DNA of 64,000 nt from positions 124,001 through 188,000 of the forward strand of contig NW_027271416.1 of NCBI RefSeq assembly GCF_040938485.1. Direction: 5' to 3'. Source of the stretch: Diadema antillarum (lineage: Eukaryota). Below, piece after piece: positions 35,325-48,977 of the stretch (positions within the stretch are counted from its first letter, which is position 1; the number at the start of each line of letters is the position of its first letter). A program made the translations under genes and the position numbers. The notes beneath the pieces are model-generated. The model had not been told where the DNA came from, did no database searches, and saw only the letters and a list, made by a program, of their open reading frames with translations.

Positions 35325-38300
35325 CAACGGCGTAAATCCGTACTGAGGAGTGGGGGGATGATCGGCGATAGCCACCATCACCACGATTACAAGCCCATAA
35401 CCGGAACGGCGCAGCCCGGGGGGGGGGGGGGGGGGGGGGGGGGGTGAGAAGCTTGCCCCCCCCCCCCCCCCCCCATACAGACTTTACAGGGATCAAATAT
35501 CCCACTCTTTTCCATGCATAGTGGGAGGAAAGTGGCAGCAAAAATACGAAGACTTTTTGTTCTTGTTTTTATTTGTTTGTTTGTTTGTTTGTTTGTTTGA
35601 TTGTTTGTTTTTTGCTTGTCAGCCGACTTTCGGCGGAAAATCAGACCAGCCTTAAAAGTATGAAGACTTTTGTTGTTGTTGTTTCTCTTGTCTTTTGATG
35701 TTCTTTCTTCTTGACTGACAGGCGATTTAGACACCCCCCCCTTTCAAAAACGTAGCGCAGCCCTGAATAATGCCCAAATAAATTCAATAAAATGCTAATA
35801 TGGATATCCATTTTTTTGGGGGGGGGGGGTATGTAATAACGTAGTAGATATTTTCCTGTAGCTATTAATTGTATTCTACAATTTTCTTGATTTAAGTCAG
35901 TAAAGCAATCATCCCAGGGGCATCGTTCCGTTTTAATGATAGGGGGTAGGGGAAGAACTTTGAGTTTGAATATCTGTGCGAGGGGGCGGAGCGGCCTAGC
36001 GGGGGGGGGGGGAGGGTGTGGGAGGGGGTTATCCCCCTCCCACACAAGGAAAATTTGGCATTTTCAGACCTGAAATTCAGTGATCTGGTGCACACTTTTG
36101 GTGAAATTTGGGATTTTTTTCCTATGAAAAAAAAGTAAGAAAAAAAATATTCATAGATAATTGAATGACTATACATCGTGGTATTCAGCTCTTGCTCCGC
36201 CTGTGCGACATCACTGTGAAGGCCTACTGAATAGTGGGGCCTATCACCGGCATAGCCAGGATTTGATCTTAGGGGGAGCGGTTAGATGCGAGGGAGCGAT
36301 GCGAGCGAGGGGGGAGGGTGTGGGAGGGGCTCCCACAGTGAGAACTTTTTGCATATTGATGTTGTAAATGGTGCAATTTGATGCATTATTTTGCGTGTTT
36401 TATCGACTTGAAACAGTCCAACATGTTTAAGGTATATAGATAGCAGTACATTTTATGTAGATTATTGTTGAACAGTTTTGCTTATAAAATGGTATCATTT
36501 AGAGAAACTACTTGTATCAATTCTTACACTGAAGGTCATGAACCGATCATCAATTTTGACATTGTACAGTCCCCAAACGGCCGTTTGTATAAAATTAGCT
36601 ATATTTTTTCGCTTCGGAAATTAAGGGGGGCGCACAGGGCGCAACTGCTGGCAATTACTGGCAGCAACATCAGGAGAATGACATAACGATTACATGCGAG
36701 CGAGCGAAGCGAGCGAGCTTGAAAATTTTGACATTTTACAGTCCAAAAACTGCCATTTGTAGCTACATTTTTTTTTTCGCTTTGAAAATTGAGGGGGGGG
36801 GGGGGGGGTTCGCACCCGGCGCAACTGCTGGCAATTACCCGGCAGCAACATCAGGTGAAAGGCATGACTATTAAATGCGAGCGAGCGAAGCGAGCGGGCT
36901 TGAAAATTTTGATATTTTATAGTCCAAAAACGGCCGCTTGTAGCTATATGTTTTCGCTTTGAAAATTAACGGGGGGGGGGGGGGCGCACCGGGCGCAACT
37001 GCTGGCAATTACCCGGCAGCAACATCAGGAGAATGGCATAGCGATTAAATGCGACCGAGCGAAGCAAGCGAGCTTGAAAATTTTGATATTGTACAGTCCA
37101 AAAACGGCCGCTTGTAACTTTATTTTTTCGCTTTGAAAATTAAGCGGCGGGGGCGCACCGGGCGCAACTGCTGGCATTTACCAGGCAGGAACATCAGAAG
37201 AATAGCATGACGATTAAATGCGAGCGAGCGAAGCAAGCGAGCTTGAAAATTTTGACATTGTACAGTCCAAAAACTACCGTTTGTAGCTGTACTTTTTTCC
37301 TCCTTGGAAATTAAGGGGCGGGGGCGCACCGGGCGCAACTGCTGGCAATTACCCGGCAGCAACATCAGGAGAATGGCATGACGATTATAATGCGAGCCAG
37401 CGAAGCAAGCGAGCTTGAAAATTTTGACATTGTACAGTCCAAAAACTGCCGTTTGTAGCTGTACTTTTTTCGCTTAGGAAATCAAGGGGGGTGGGGGCGC
37501 ATCGGGCGCAACTGCTGGCAATTACTGGCAGCAACAAATATCTCGTAAACACATTTATGATGTAATCTGGGGAATTTTCAATCCCAGAAGTGTATACTAT
37601 TTTTTAGGGGGGAACCCTCCGTTAATTGAAAGTATCTAGATATCTCCTCCCACCAAAGGAACATTCGCATCTCTTTAAACTGAAGTAACAGACCTGGTGT
37701 ACACTTTAGATGAAACATTTTGAAATCTGTCGATCTAAAGTGTATTAACTAGAAATGACTGAGCGGGGAGGGTATGGGAGGGGTTAGGCCTATCCCCCTC
37801 TTACGCGAGGAAGATTTTGTATTTTCAGAATTGAAATTCAGCCATCTTTGGGTGAAATATTTAGACAGTTTTCTATCAAAAAAGTAAGGACATTCCCACA
37901 TCTCGGGAATTACGAATATAGGAGCAAAATGATCTGTTTGTCCCCAATACTTTTATGGGGGAACCATCCCCCTCCCCCTCCATCGACGTCTCTGCATAAT
38001 TATGAGGGAGCTTTTGTAAGTGAAAGATCCGCTGCACAGTCTTTGATAAATATAAGGAAATGAAACGTCAATCTTAAAAGTGTACAAAGTCTATCGAAAG
38101 GGACCCAGTAGCGGATCTTTCGCATATTCATGATTGCAATTCAGCGATCCGGTGCATAATTCTGGCGGTACTTGTCCAATTTTCCATAAAGAAAGTTCGA
38201 GATTTGTCCTCATCTCGGGAATTGCTTGGAGGACAAATGATTTGTCTGCCCCCAACATTTCCGTAGGGGCGGGGCAAATGCCCCTTTGCCCCCCCCCCCC

Positions 38301-38819
38301 CCCCCCACCCGAGATAGATTGATCATCCCTGGGTATGCCCATAGATGTATCAGAGTCATCATCGTTTCAGGAATGATGCAGGAAATGGAGGGGGGGTCAA
38401 TAAATTATGGCGGTATAGTTTTTGTTATTATTTGTTTGTTTTCGTACATAATTTGCAGATGGTCCCGAGTTGCTCGCTTCATAGCATGTTTACATGTAAG
38501 CCTATGCTATTTGATGTTGTCAACGTCTGGACCATACCTTATGTCGATATTACTTTCTTCGCGAGCGAGCGAAGCGAGCGAGCGCTTGAGAAAAAATACT
38601 ATCCTACAAGATAGAATACTGTTCAGCTCTGTTATCTGTCTGAAGGCGGGCGTACGAACGTCATGCAATGACAACAATGATACAATCACATTTCTGCTTC
38701 CTCCATTTTTTTCTCAAATTTCAGGGGGGGGGATGATTGTACAGGCCATCCCCCCCTCCTCCATTTCAGGGGGGGGGGGATATATCCCCCCATCCCCCCC
38801 CCCGGGATTTACGCCCATG
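35325..38819. mobile_element. Non-autonomous hAT-type DNA transposon (3495 bp) with nested GC-rich repeats
   Basis: 8-bp TSD ATTCTGAC at 35317-35324 and 38820-38827, with imperfect TIRs CAACGGCGTAAATCC / CATGGGCGTAAATCC. Absent at the equivalent site in the T2 and T4 units. No transposase ORF is seen. Confidence 0.8.
36555..37535. repeat. Tandem repeat of about 170-180 bp, about 6 copies, inside the hAT element
   Basis: The motif gcgcaactgctggca recurs at about 36639, 36819, 36993, 37162, 37333 and 37506. Confidence 0.9.
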
Positions 38820-41800
38820 ATTCTGACATCACCTCATCTAATTTGAATTCAACGTCTCTTTATGATCCATATCTCGGTTTCGAAAAAAGAGAAACTTTGA
38901 AATGACTTTTTTTTTAAATGTCAGAGAAAGAGACTCTTGCTGTAAAATATGTCAAACAGTTTTTTTTTTCTTCCACTATCGATTTGGTGTGAAGGAAAAC
39001 GAAGACGTTGTTTTCATCTTTCTTCTTTATGCAAATGGGATTGTGTGTCATCAATATCGTTTGGCAATTTTGTCTTCTTGTTCATTTTAATAAAATAAAT
39101 TATTTCCACCATGTGTAGGCCCTATATGTATCATCAATTTTATTTTTTCTTTGTTATTTTCAACTTCCCCTTACATCATTCCATTGTTGCCTCACAAGTT
39201 CATCAAAAATTCCAGCCCATCTCCCCAAGAAATTTTCAGTGAAGATTACTAAATTCACTCATAATTTCACTCGAGCATCAAGCACAAACACACCTATACA
39301 AACATTAACCCTTAGCATACACGGGAACGCGCTTTTACACATGAATACACACACCAATACACACACAAACACACACACACTTACACACTTTCACACACAC
39401 ACGGAGACATGGACACAAAGTTCTCAAAACGTAAAGTGATTTAATGAACTTTTGCCAAGACACATCAAAGACAAACACCGGAAAGTAGAAAATTGTCAAA
39501 TGATTGAAGCATACAACAGCAACAAACATACAAATTGTTATTCGGGTACAAATCAATGCTTATTATCATTTGATTAAAGTTACGTCGGGTGAAATGCTGA
39601 GCCCTCGACTGTTTCACTTCTTGTAGAGATGGGAGGGGAGAGAGATACACTGTACCGAGAGTACAAAGGAGGAGATTACAAAATGGTATTAAATGTAATA
39701 TGTAACGCGGTATATATAGATGAATGGTCAGATTTCACAATGTTACAATGATGGGAATTAACTATAAAGAGGCACTGAAATTTCGGTTATACAAAAACTG
39801 TCAAAAGAAGGATGTAAATGCACTGTATATATATAAATGTAAATCGTGTCAGCATTCATGCACAGACGTCTAACTATATAATAGTGTGATGTTCTTGTCA
39901 TGTACGAGCGTAAAGCGTGCTGTACAGGACTGTACAAGAATGCCAGTTATGATAGAGAATATGAATTCTTTACTATGCCAAAGTAAATTAACGTGCAATA
40001 TTCTAATGACTAGATGATATTTTGTGTAACAATAGTTGGTTAACATGACCGGAACATCCTCGAAGATACATACTTTTGAAGACATTTAATTTTTTTTAGC
40101 TATAACAGCTCAATTACTCGGCGAAATATTACAGGCTTACAGTGCTACCATGCCGACTTTCATTCATTCATTCATTCATTTTTCCATCTTCAACAAAAAC
40201 TTGTAAAAACGATCTTTTTTTCACAGAAGATAAGTACGTATATGCCAACATTACAAAATATGATAAATGAAATTTATGGAAATACAATTGATAGGGTGTA
40301 AAAGAAAAGGATTAAAACATTCTGAAGTTTAGAAAATACAGACAATGGGGAGGAATGCTGAAGAAGCAATTCTTATAGGGTGCATCCCCCCCCCCCCAAA
40401 AAAAAACACACACACACACAAAACATATTAAAACAATTTTACATACATCTTGGTTACATTCAACGATTATTAATCAAACTTGGTTACGCAATGATTATTA
40501 GTCAAACCTGGTTATACAATGTTTATCAATCAAATATATTTTGATGCTATGCTACGAATAACCATCAAGGTATTACAGGTAACTTCAAATTTCTAAGTAT
40601 GGGTTTTGATATACTGCTTCTCGATCATTCCATTTGAAACTAAATGCATCACCTCAAACTCATCCGTTACAACAAGTGACGTCAGTAATTCAATACGTCA
40701 CAAAAGGGCTTGATCGAATGCAGACATCGGACAGCAAGAAACATCTTCAGATAGAAAATAATGTGGATGAAATAGAAAATGAAGATGAGAGAGATGGATC
40801 GATCGAAAAGGGAAAAAGAAAGATGAGACACAAAGTCATTTTGTTTGTGACGTCACCTGTTCGAATATTTATCCCAAATGTGAAATAATTCTCTAAATAT
40901 CTCTCTTCTACCCAAGCATAATTGCTTCTGGCACAAAACAACAACCATACATCTCACATCTCTAGCTATAATAACAACTGTGTATGTAAAATAATGGTGG
41001 CAGTTCCCTGACTGATAACCACAGCGTGTTTCCACGCATTAAATGTTCGGATACCACATTAATATATTACTCTCTTAAAGCTGAAGCAGAACATCACTCT
41101 TCACCCTCATACCTTAGTCCTATGGAATGTGAATTATAAAACAATGACTCAGTTATAATCTCACCCAATACATTTATTTATTGAGAAGACTTTACCCATG
41201 AATACGAACAGAACAAAATAAACGAACTCAACTACAAAATGAATTGTCCCGTTTGTCTCCTATTCGACCAAAACCGAGGTAATGCATGTCAAAAAGGACA
41301 CCTAGCAACTAGATTATTTTAGTTATCCTGCATGGCAACGTGTACCAGACTTGACATATTCTTATAACTTATGTTGAGAAGAGGTAAACGCAGGAATAAA
41401 TTGGTCAATGTAACAAAGAATAAAAAGAAATGTGCGTTTGATTGTATTCATTTTTACGGCCCTGCCCTGCTACGTTTTCTCGGTTCCAGTTTTGCAACCC
41501 CCTAAACCTGATACCAAGTTATTTATTTCTCTTCGCTATCACAGATTCGGCTCAAAATCATATCAATTTTTTAGGGTTACATTTAAGGTTTATATGACAC
41601 TGAGGGTTTTGTAGCAATTCATCAAACGAGTATTTTTTTTTCTTTTCACTGCATTGTATTACATTTCAATCATGTCTCAGGTATAAGTAGAGCTACCAAA
41701 TCTCTGATTTGTTTGTGACTTCTCATTGATGGTCAGACGTCTGATACTTAAAGTAAACAGTGATGAGACTCACAGTAATGTGCAGTTTTTAGAGTACATT

Positions 41801-42690
41801 AAGGAACGCTCATAGTCAAACATATTTTCGTTTGCCAGAATGATATTCTAAACCTCCACTGTATAGATTACTGTCATGTTAACACATTCAAACAATACTG
41901 TTCCGTTCGAAGGCATGAAAATTAGTACTGAATGGTTTTTCCCGAAGCATACAACCATTAACCGGATGGATGTTTTCTTTGGAATGACTAGGGATTAACA
42001 GATGAACTGGAGGGCAATAGATTTAGCGACCTGGAAAGAGCCCGTGCATGCAGGAAAATGGCAGTCTTGGGAATGTTGGAGGATACAGTGTGGACGCATT
42101 CCTCCCCGAAAGAGGGCGCTCTTCAGTTCATACATGTTCAATCTGGTGAAGGGCACTCCACGTCTTCTGTCAACGCTGTGAATTACCCCATTTTATTATT
42201 CCCATTTATCACTCATCACGGTATAATGACGTATGAACCACCCTAGGCAAAAAAATAAAAATAAAAATAGATAAATAAATAAAAAATAGAACAGTACTAC
42301 AGCCAGACTTCCTAGTGTAAAAAACGATAACAATCGGTTTTCCATGATTCATGGAAAATTCTTGGCATTGTCAGTCAATTTCAAGAGCTTTACATTATGG
42401 AAACTTTCTGATTCCCATTCAGAGACCTACGACGCAGGGATTATGTACCCGCGTCATTACAATAATTCTTCGAAACCATTTTGGTACTTCTTGTAAATAT
42501 CAGCCTTTTACTGATTTGATGTGAAGAGCATTCTCACCCAAATAATGTGCTAATATCGTAAAACAAATGTTGTAACCGATGACACTGTTTTACTTTTGGA
42601 ATATTGTCAATCATCCATAAACTAATTCAACTTTTCGACATGATTAAGGTCATTAATGTATGAATATTCATGTGAGTTGGCGCGGCTATA

Positions 42691-43398
42691 GGCGTTTTCA
42701 CATCAGCCCGATGTTTCGAAATAGCGCGCTATTTTCTGACTTGGGAAATTTCCCCGATAGCGAAATAGCGCGCTATTTGATAATGTGAACACAAATGAGC
42801 GCGCTATCTGTATCGCTCTGATCGAGAAAATTTATCGAGTCCAACTCGGGAAATTTCTGAAATAGCGGGAAAGTAGCGCGCTTTTAGGCGTTTTCACATC
42901 AGCCCGATGTTTCGAAATAGCGCGCTATCTTGCTGACTATTTTCTGCTTAAAATATCTCGAGCTTGGATTTTTATCGGGCTGATGTGAAAACGCCTTTTA
43001 GACGTTTTCACATCAGCCCGATGTTTCGAAATAGCGCGCTATTTTGCTGACTATTTTCTGCGAAAAATATCTCGAGCTTGGATTTTTATCGGGCTGATGT
43101 GAAAACGCCTTTTGATAATGTGAAAACGACTCGAGAAATGAGCGCGATGCATCCCATCATGCCTAGCGTGTGTGACCCGATCGATCGAGGCAAACTGCAC
43201 ACAAATCATGAGGAATTTTTGAGAGGGCACACACATTACTGATGCTGTTTGCACATACTCAGCTGTCGAATTAGCTCGACAAAAATTCGGGCTGATTCTC
43301 TTCGGGCTGATGTGAATAAGAAATGAAATAGCGCGCTAACTCGCAATCGCGAAAAATTTCTCGAGCTTGGATTTTTATCGGGCTGATGTGAAAACGCC
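42691..43398. mobile_element. Composite MITE, duplicate of 18861-19568
   Basis: Same TIRs, TA flanks and internal structure. Confidence 0.85.
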
Positions 43399-43530
43399 TA
43401 ATGCGTGTGCAGTCCATTATCATACATGTAAAATCCATTCATTACAATATTCTACTCACTTGAGTATCCCACCAAAGAATCTATTTTCTAACATGCTACA
43501 GCATGACAAAATCGTCTTTCACATTTCACA

Positions 43531-45384
43531 TTACATTGCATCAAATATGTAAAGTCTATCCGGAGTGCAGAAAGCTATCTCTCCACTCTCAAACTCTTGT
43601 AGAAAGTACCAGTTTCTTTCCTCTGGTTTTTGTATTTTGAAATCAGTGATGATATTGCGCACGTGCTCCAAATCTCTCGTGTATCGGTCGATACTGACAA
43701 GCCCCTCCCCGTGCTTCACCCAGGCTACAATGACCGAGTCATCTCTACAAACAGCTGGATAGGCTGACATTCCCTCTTCCTCCTTCTTCACGACATTCTC
43801 CTTCTTCCCCTTGCCATCAATGCACACGACAGTTGATTCATCTTTCAGTATCAGTTTCCCCATGGTGTGAAAGAAGAATAATTGCCAAGGTGTATATCCA
43901 TCACACATTATTTCTCTGACAGCCTTATCACCCTGTGGGGTAAATACCTGGATATTCTTGGACTCCCAATAACTCACGTAGATATTATCATCTCTATCCA
44001 CAGTGAAACCACCAATCCCTCCTTCATTATAACTCATCGTCTCAAACGTGACGTCAAGCTTCTCCCACTGTGGAGTGTAGAGTGACATCTTGCTGTCCGT
44101 GTCAGATATAACACTTCGACCATCGGACAGGAATCCAATATTCCTGACCCTGACATCCTTCAGCACGGACTGCTGTAACTCGCCATCAGGGGAGTAGAGA
44201 TGGATTCCGCCTTGCCACGATCCCACCGCCATCTTACCTTCTGGTGCACGAGTCATACAGTCCATGCTGTCTGTGATAGGGAGTTCTACGTCTACTTTGA
44301 CATCCCACGTGTAACCTTCCAGCTCGCCAAGATAAAGTTCATTGACCTTCACGTATCTACGGAATGAAATCTTCTGAGCTCGTTCTGCCACACCTCTCGG
44401 TGATTGGTCGTCAGGATTATCTCGGCCCAGGAAGCTCTTCAAGTTCTCGCATAGCGTGTCATGCGCAAACAAGGAGTCTTTCTCTAGCGGTACCTTCACA
44501 CCGTTAGATACCAGCTCTTCCATTGCGTTCATTTGATAAATTGTTTGGTGACTCTCTTCTTCCATGACTTTTAATTTCTTCTCGAATTTTTCAGACAATC
44601 GTTTCACTTCACATTTCAGAGCATCTCTTCTGGCTGACAATAGTTGCATGTATTCATCGTAGGTCTTGTCAATGTCATTAGTGAGTTTTCTCATCATGTT
44701 TGTTATTTCATCGCGTTGTGTCTTGATGAAATCGATATGATTTTCAATGGTTGTTTTCTTTGATTTTGCCCTTTCTTGTAACTCCTTGATATTTTCCATC
44801 AATTTCTCCTCATGGATAGCTGCCTCTTCGACCTGGTGCCCTCCTTGTAAATGTTTTAACATCCCGCATCTTAAGCAGACGTACTCCTGACATCCGATAC
44901 AGAAACACTCCTCATCATCGTTAGGATGTTTCTTACACTTCCGTCTCCTCTGTAGCGGAACTTTTCCCGAGAGCACTCCGCTCATGGCCACCACTACGTG
45001 GTTGGAGAACCTTTTCCACACAGAATGGTCTTTCTCACAGGATACACACATGTTTTCCCCGCAGTCCTGACAGTAGGACACAGCTTGCGGTTTTTCGTCC
45101 ATGTCACAAACTGTGCATGTTGGACTCTTGGTTCTCACTTCGTCCACGAGAGAATTCAGGGGTACGACTGTTTGTAACTTACTCACATCTCCACTGGGTA
45201 GGGGCGTTTCTTCCCTGCATACAGGACATGCTATAGTTTGTTGGTTTGGTCGAGTTTGAGAGATACGTTCCAAACAGTCTTTGCAGAAGGTGTGAGAACA
45301 CGCCAGTGATTTAGGATGGTTGAACAATGTCAGACAGATAGGACACTCCAGATTCTGGCTGCTGATTTGATGAAACGTTGCCAT
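43531..45384 (-). CDS. TRIM E3 ligase copy T4, 617 aa, protein identical to T2
   Basis: Identical translation; at least one synonymous difference (CTG versus TTG in the RING). Confidence 0.92.
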   Translation of the reverse strand: MATFHQISSQNLECPICLTLFNHPKSLACSHTFCKDCLERISQTRPNQQTIACPVCREETPLPSGDVSKLQTVVPLNSLVDEVRTKSPTCTVCDMDEKPQAVSYCQDCGENMCVSCEKDHSVWKRFSNHVVVAMSGVLSGKVPLQRRRKCKKHPNDDEECFCIGCQEYVCLRCGMLKHLQGGHQVEEAAIHEEKLMENIKELQERAKSKKTTIENHIDFIKTQRDEITNMMRKLTNDIDKTYDEYMQLLSARRDALKCEVKRLSEKFEKKLKVMEEESHQTIYQMNAMEELVSNGVKVPLEKDSLFAHDTLCENLKSFLGRDNPDDQSPRGVAERAQKISFRRYVKVNELYLGELEGYTWDVKVDVELPITDSMDCMTRAPEGKMAVGSWQGGIHLYSPDGELQQSVLKDVRVRNIGFLSDGRSVISDTDSKMSLYTPQWEKLDVTFETMSYNEGGIGGFTVDRDDNIYVSYWESKNIQVFTPQGDKAVREIMCDGYTPWQLFFFHTMGKLILKDESTVVCIDGKGKKENVVKKEEEGMSAYPAVCRDDSVIVAWVKHGEGLVSIDRYTRDLEHVRNIITDFKIQKPEERNWYFLQEFESGEIAFCTPDRLYIFDAM

Positions 45385-46581
45385 GGTGTCTGTCTGTCTG
45401 TTTGTCTGTCTGATAGCAAAAGAATGAAACGCATTGACGAGTAGGCCTATAAGCAGAAATATGATATTAGCAGTTACCATTAAAAAGGAGAAAGTTCACA
45501 GTGCATGGTGTTGAAATGTTTCTACTCTTAAAATTGGACGAAGTCATGAAGCACAATTTAATAGACGTGTGTGAATAGTGTTTATCATTCATGTACTCTG
45601 TATGTTTTATATCCGAACCCAATAAACTGATTCAATGACAGTTCAATTGAATGGGGGAGATCACGTTTACTATAGCATATTGTTTTCCAGTGAGCCTGTC
45701 ATAGGATGGTGCAAATTAAAATAAAGTCAGATGTTACTTGTTAGTTCCCTAAAGGAGTATATTGTATTAGTCAAACAACAAAGAGTTGTATTACGCTGCA
45801 CTCACAAAAAATATGATCAGGTGATTCGAGCAGTAAATAGATGAATCATGACTCTTTTATTTGTGACCTTTTATATTAACAGTAGCGAGAATATCCTCAG
45901 TGATATCGCAAACAAACCAAAAATGTTAAGTTAAAGTGAATATCAATGAAAAAGTGAGCTAAATAGTAGAGATTATTATTTAGAAACCTATGTCCGTTTG
46001 ACTGCTGGTATGTCATGCAACAAGGAATCCTTTAATAATCAATCTATGTCCATATCCTTGAGAGATAGAGTCATTTGTTGTTTTTTTTTTCATTTCCATA
46101 AAGATATTGGTTACGTTTGTCTTGGAAGACATGTTAACTTTAATAATTTACCTCATACGTGAAGAGCAGAGCTAAGCACAAAGATTACAATTTTCCCTGG
46201 ATTAAATTACATTATAATCCCCCCCCCTCCTTAATGGACAAAGAAAAACTGGTTAGCAGCGCCGTCTTGTCAGAAAAGCTTCAAAATCTTTGATGTTAAA
46301 GCATATCTATTAAAAATGGGGCAAGGAATATAATGAATAAAGAAGGTCATTTTAACCCTTCAGTGACGGATGGTTGTCAGTTATGATCTAGAGTCACTGT
46401 GGATTCGATGTCCTTTGTAGGTTTATGTATTTACATGAAATGAATATAGCGTGCAATGCGATGTTCTTTCCTAGACGTTATATAGTATGTGGAAAAGATT
46501 AACTGCCATGATTGAATTCCTTTATCTCTTACCAGTCATTGTCTGTAGCAAATAACCTCATCGTTGTGCTAATTTTATCAT

Positions 46582-46725
46582 GTCTCCCTCTGTACAAATA
46601 TGTTTTGAGATCTCAACCGCTGATTTGTAAAAAAAAGAAAAGAAAAGAGAATCAGTGAGGATCGAACCTGCCATCTACTGCTTTCCGGGCAGCGACACTA
46701 CCACCAGGCTATCCTGGTTGCCGCC
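46582..46725 (-). mobile_element. tRNA-derived SINE, duplicate of 22757-22900
   Basis: Same sequence at offset about 23825. Confidence 0.65.
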
Positions 46726-48782
46726 ATCGAGGAGACACAACGAACTTGAAATACCCAGGCTCTGAAATCCCTACATTGTTATGCTAAGTAGTCCAAGGCA
46801 GACAAGGCTTATTTTATGAAAGCAAGAGATTGTAATGCAGAGGGGTGAAGATTTGATATTATTTTTAGCAATTTGTCTCCCTCTGTACAAAATGTATATG
46901 TCAGTAGATAACAGTAGATGACAGGGTCTGTTCTCACTGGTTCCAATTTCCAACATGTTTGCTAAAATTTTGATCAGCAGTTGCGTTCCTATACAAATAG
47001 ATTTATACAGAGTGAGACAATCTATGATAATCACAACACATCTTCACCCTTCTGCTTTGATAATCTCTTTCTTTCATCTAATACCATCTTTATTTGAACA
47101 TTCACCGATGGGATGCTTCCATTATCGATGCTCAGGATATAGCACCTTGACATTTTAGAATACTTACCTCAAGTTTGGATGACACTCCCTCTTACACCCC
47201 CCCCCCCCGAAACACACACACAAAAAAACAAGCAAATACAAATCAATTAAACAATTAACAAAAATATAAAGAATATAGTGATAAAGAATCTGCCAATTAA
47301 GCTTTTTCTTCTAACATCTAGATCCCTCCTTGCTTTAAACCTCCTCAATCGATTCTGTGATAAATAGAAGAATCATATATCAGGAGGAAAGTAACACGTG
47401 TCCCAAAAGAAAGAGAACAAGGAAGAGGAGACGGACATTGCCATAAAATTTGACAGATATAAACATCCTGAGGTGTTGTAACTCGATCAACATCAATATC
47501 TTTATTTACTCATTAATCGCAACCATAATTTACATACAAAGTATACCAGCTGTGCTGGTGTTCCGAGAATGTTGTTGTCAAGTTAACAGCTTTGGGGGAC
47601 GCAAATACATCTAAATACATCTGAAGGAAGGAAATGCGCAATTAGCTCCACATTCACAACAAACGCTCTTCGAGTAATTTTGTCCCTTGTCTGTAGACAC
47701 TAAACGGAGTTCATGAGATCCTTTAAACATGAATAGCCACCTCTCCCTAGTGTTTCAGTTGTTCAAGTTATAATTATGGAAAGGAATTAGTGATTGAGCA
47801 GGCCACTGATGATAACGAAAAAGGGAATTCCTAACGAATTGGTTTAACTTCTCTTAGTCCCCAAACTATGTATTTACATTAATTTGTGATGAAGTCCTCA
47901 GGGGCTGATTTATTTCCAGCGGAGATAACGAGTAATATCCTTTTGAAACAGCTTTACGTGTATTGTAACAGGCTATGTCAGTTGTTCTGTTTGGAGTACT
48001 ATTATCTATACAGTATTACAAACTTTAAGATACATGTAAGTTATGGAGTTAGTCATGCTGAAAAGAAGAAGAAAAAAATCGTAACAGAAATATTGCCAAA
48101 CAAACAAGAGAGAATCAATTCTAAACTTATTTGATAAGCATGCTTTATAAACTACTTGAACAAGTAACATACATGATTTTATATCGTTATGTCATGCATG
48201 CTCACCAAGTTTGCTGTACTTCCGGGTTCAATACTTCTGTTTAGTTCCAAAGTACATTTAGGCAAGGATCGAATAGCAATCTGTTGTCTGTTCAGCACGA
48301 GGACAGGTGTAAACACCGATTAAATTGAATGTTAATTAAAGACCCAAACAATTTGCGAAGAGTTAGTTTTTGGAAAGAGATATTGCGGAGCACTGACAAA
48401 ATGGTCGGGCGGTTCAGGAAAATGACGGTATTTACCGTGACCTTTACACTGCGAACCTTTATATTTATAGAAGCGGGTTTTCCCCACATCTCACACACTA
48501 TGCATCTATCTGAAAATCACAGCTCATATCAGAATGTCGTGATGAGATGAATTTTTTTAGAGTAAGATGTAAACAAAAGCATGTTGAAGCATCACTTCGA
48601 AGAGAATATGAATGAAATAAAACAATTTGGTTATAATATAGAAAATTCTGTCATTTTTCCTTCTGTTGTGATATTTTCAAGATCTGAGAAAAAACCCACG
48701 ATCAAAGAGTTGAGATGTTTTGCTGATGTAGAAAGATTTTAATGTTTAGATCCTAAGGAGTTTTTTTTTTCCTTCTTTTTTT

Positions 48783-48977
48783 TCTGTCGTCATTGAGGAC
48801 CAGAGTTGCAGCTACTTTGTTTTTGGAAACGGTGTCAGGATATCTGTCGACATCGAATTCATCCTACAGTCTCTCGAGCTATCGTTCGATGAATATGGCT
48901 GGACGTCGACGACGAAGGCCTTTGGAAGGAACGGACGTCGAGACTCGAGGGAAAAGCGTGAGTAGAGAACCAGTAAT
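48783..48977 (-). pseudogene. pmar1: pmar1-like exon-1 pseudogene (copy F), duplicate of D
   Basis: Same lesions as D at offset 23824. Confidence 0.85.

Noticed and set aside
36555-37535. CRISPR-like regularly spaced repeats
   Set aside because: The whole unit of about 172 bp repeats with no unique spacers, there are no cas genes, and the context is eukaryotic.
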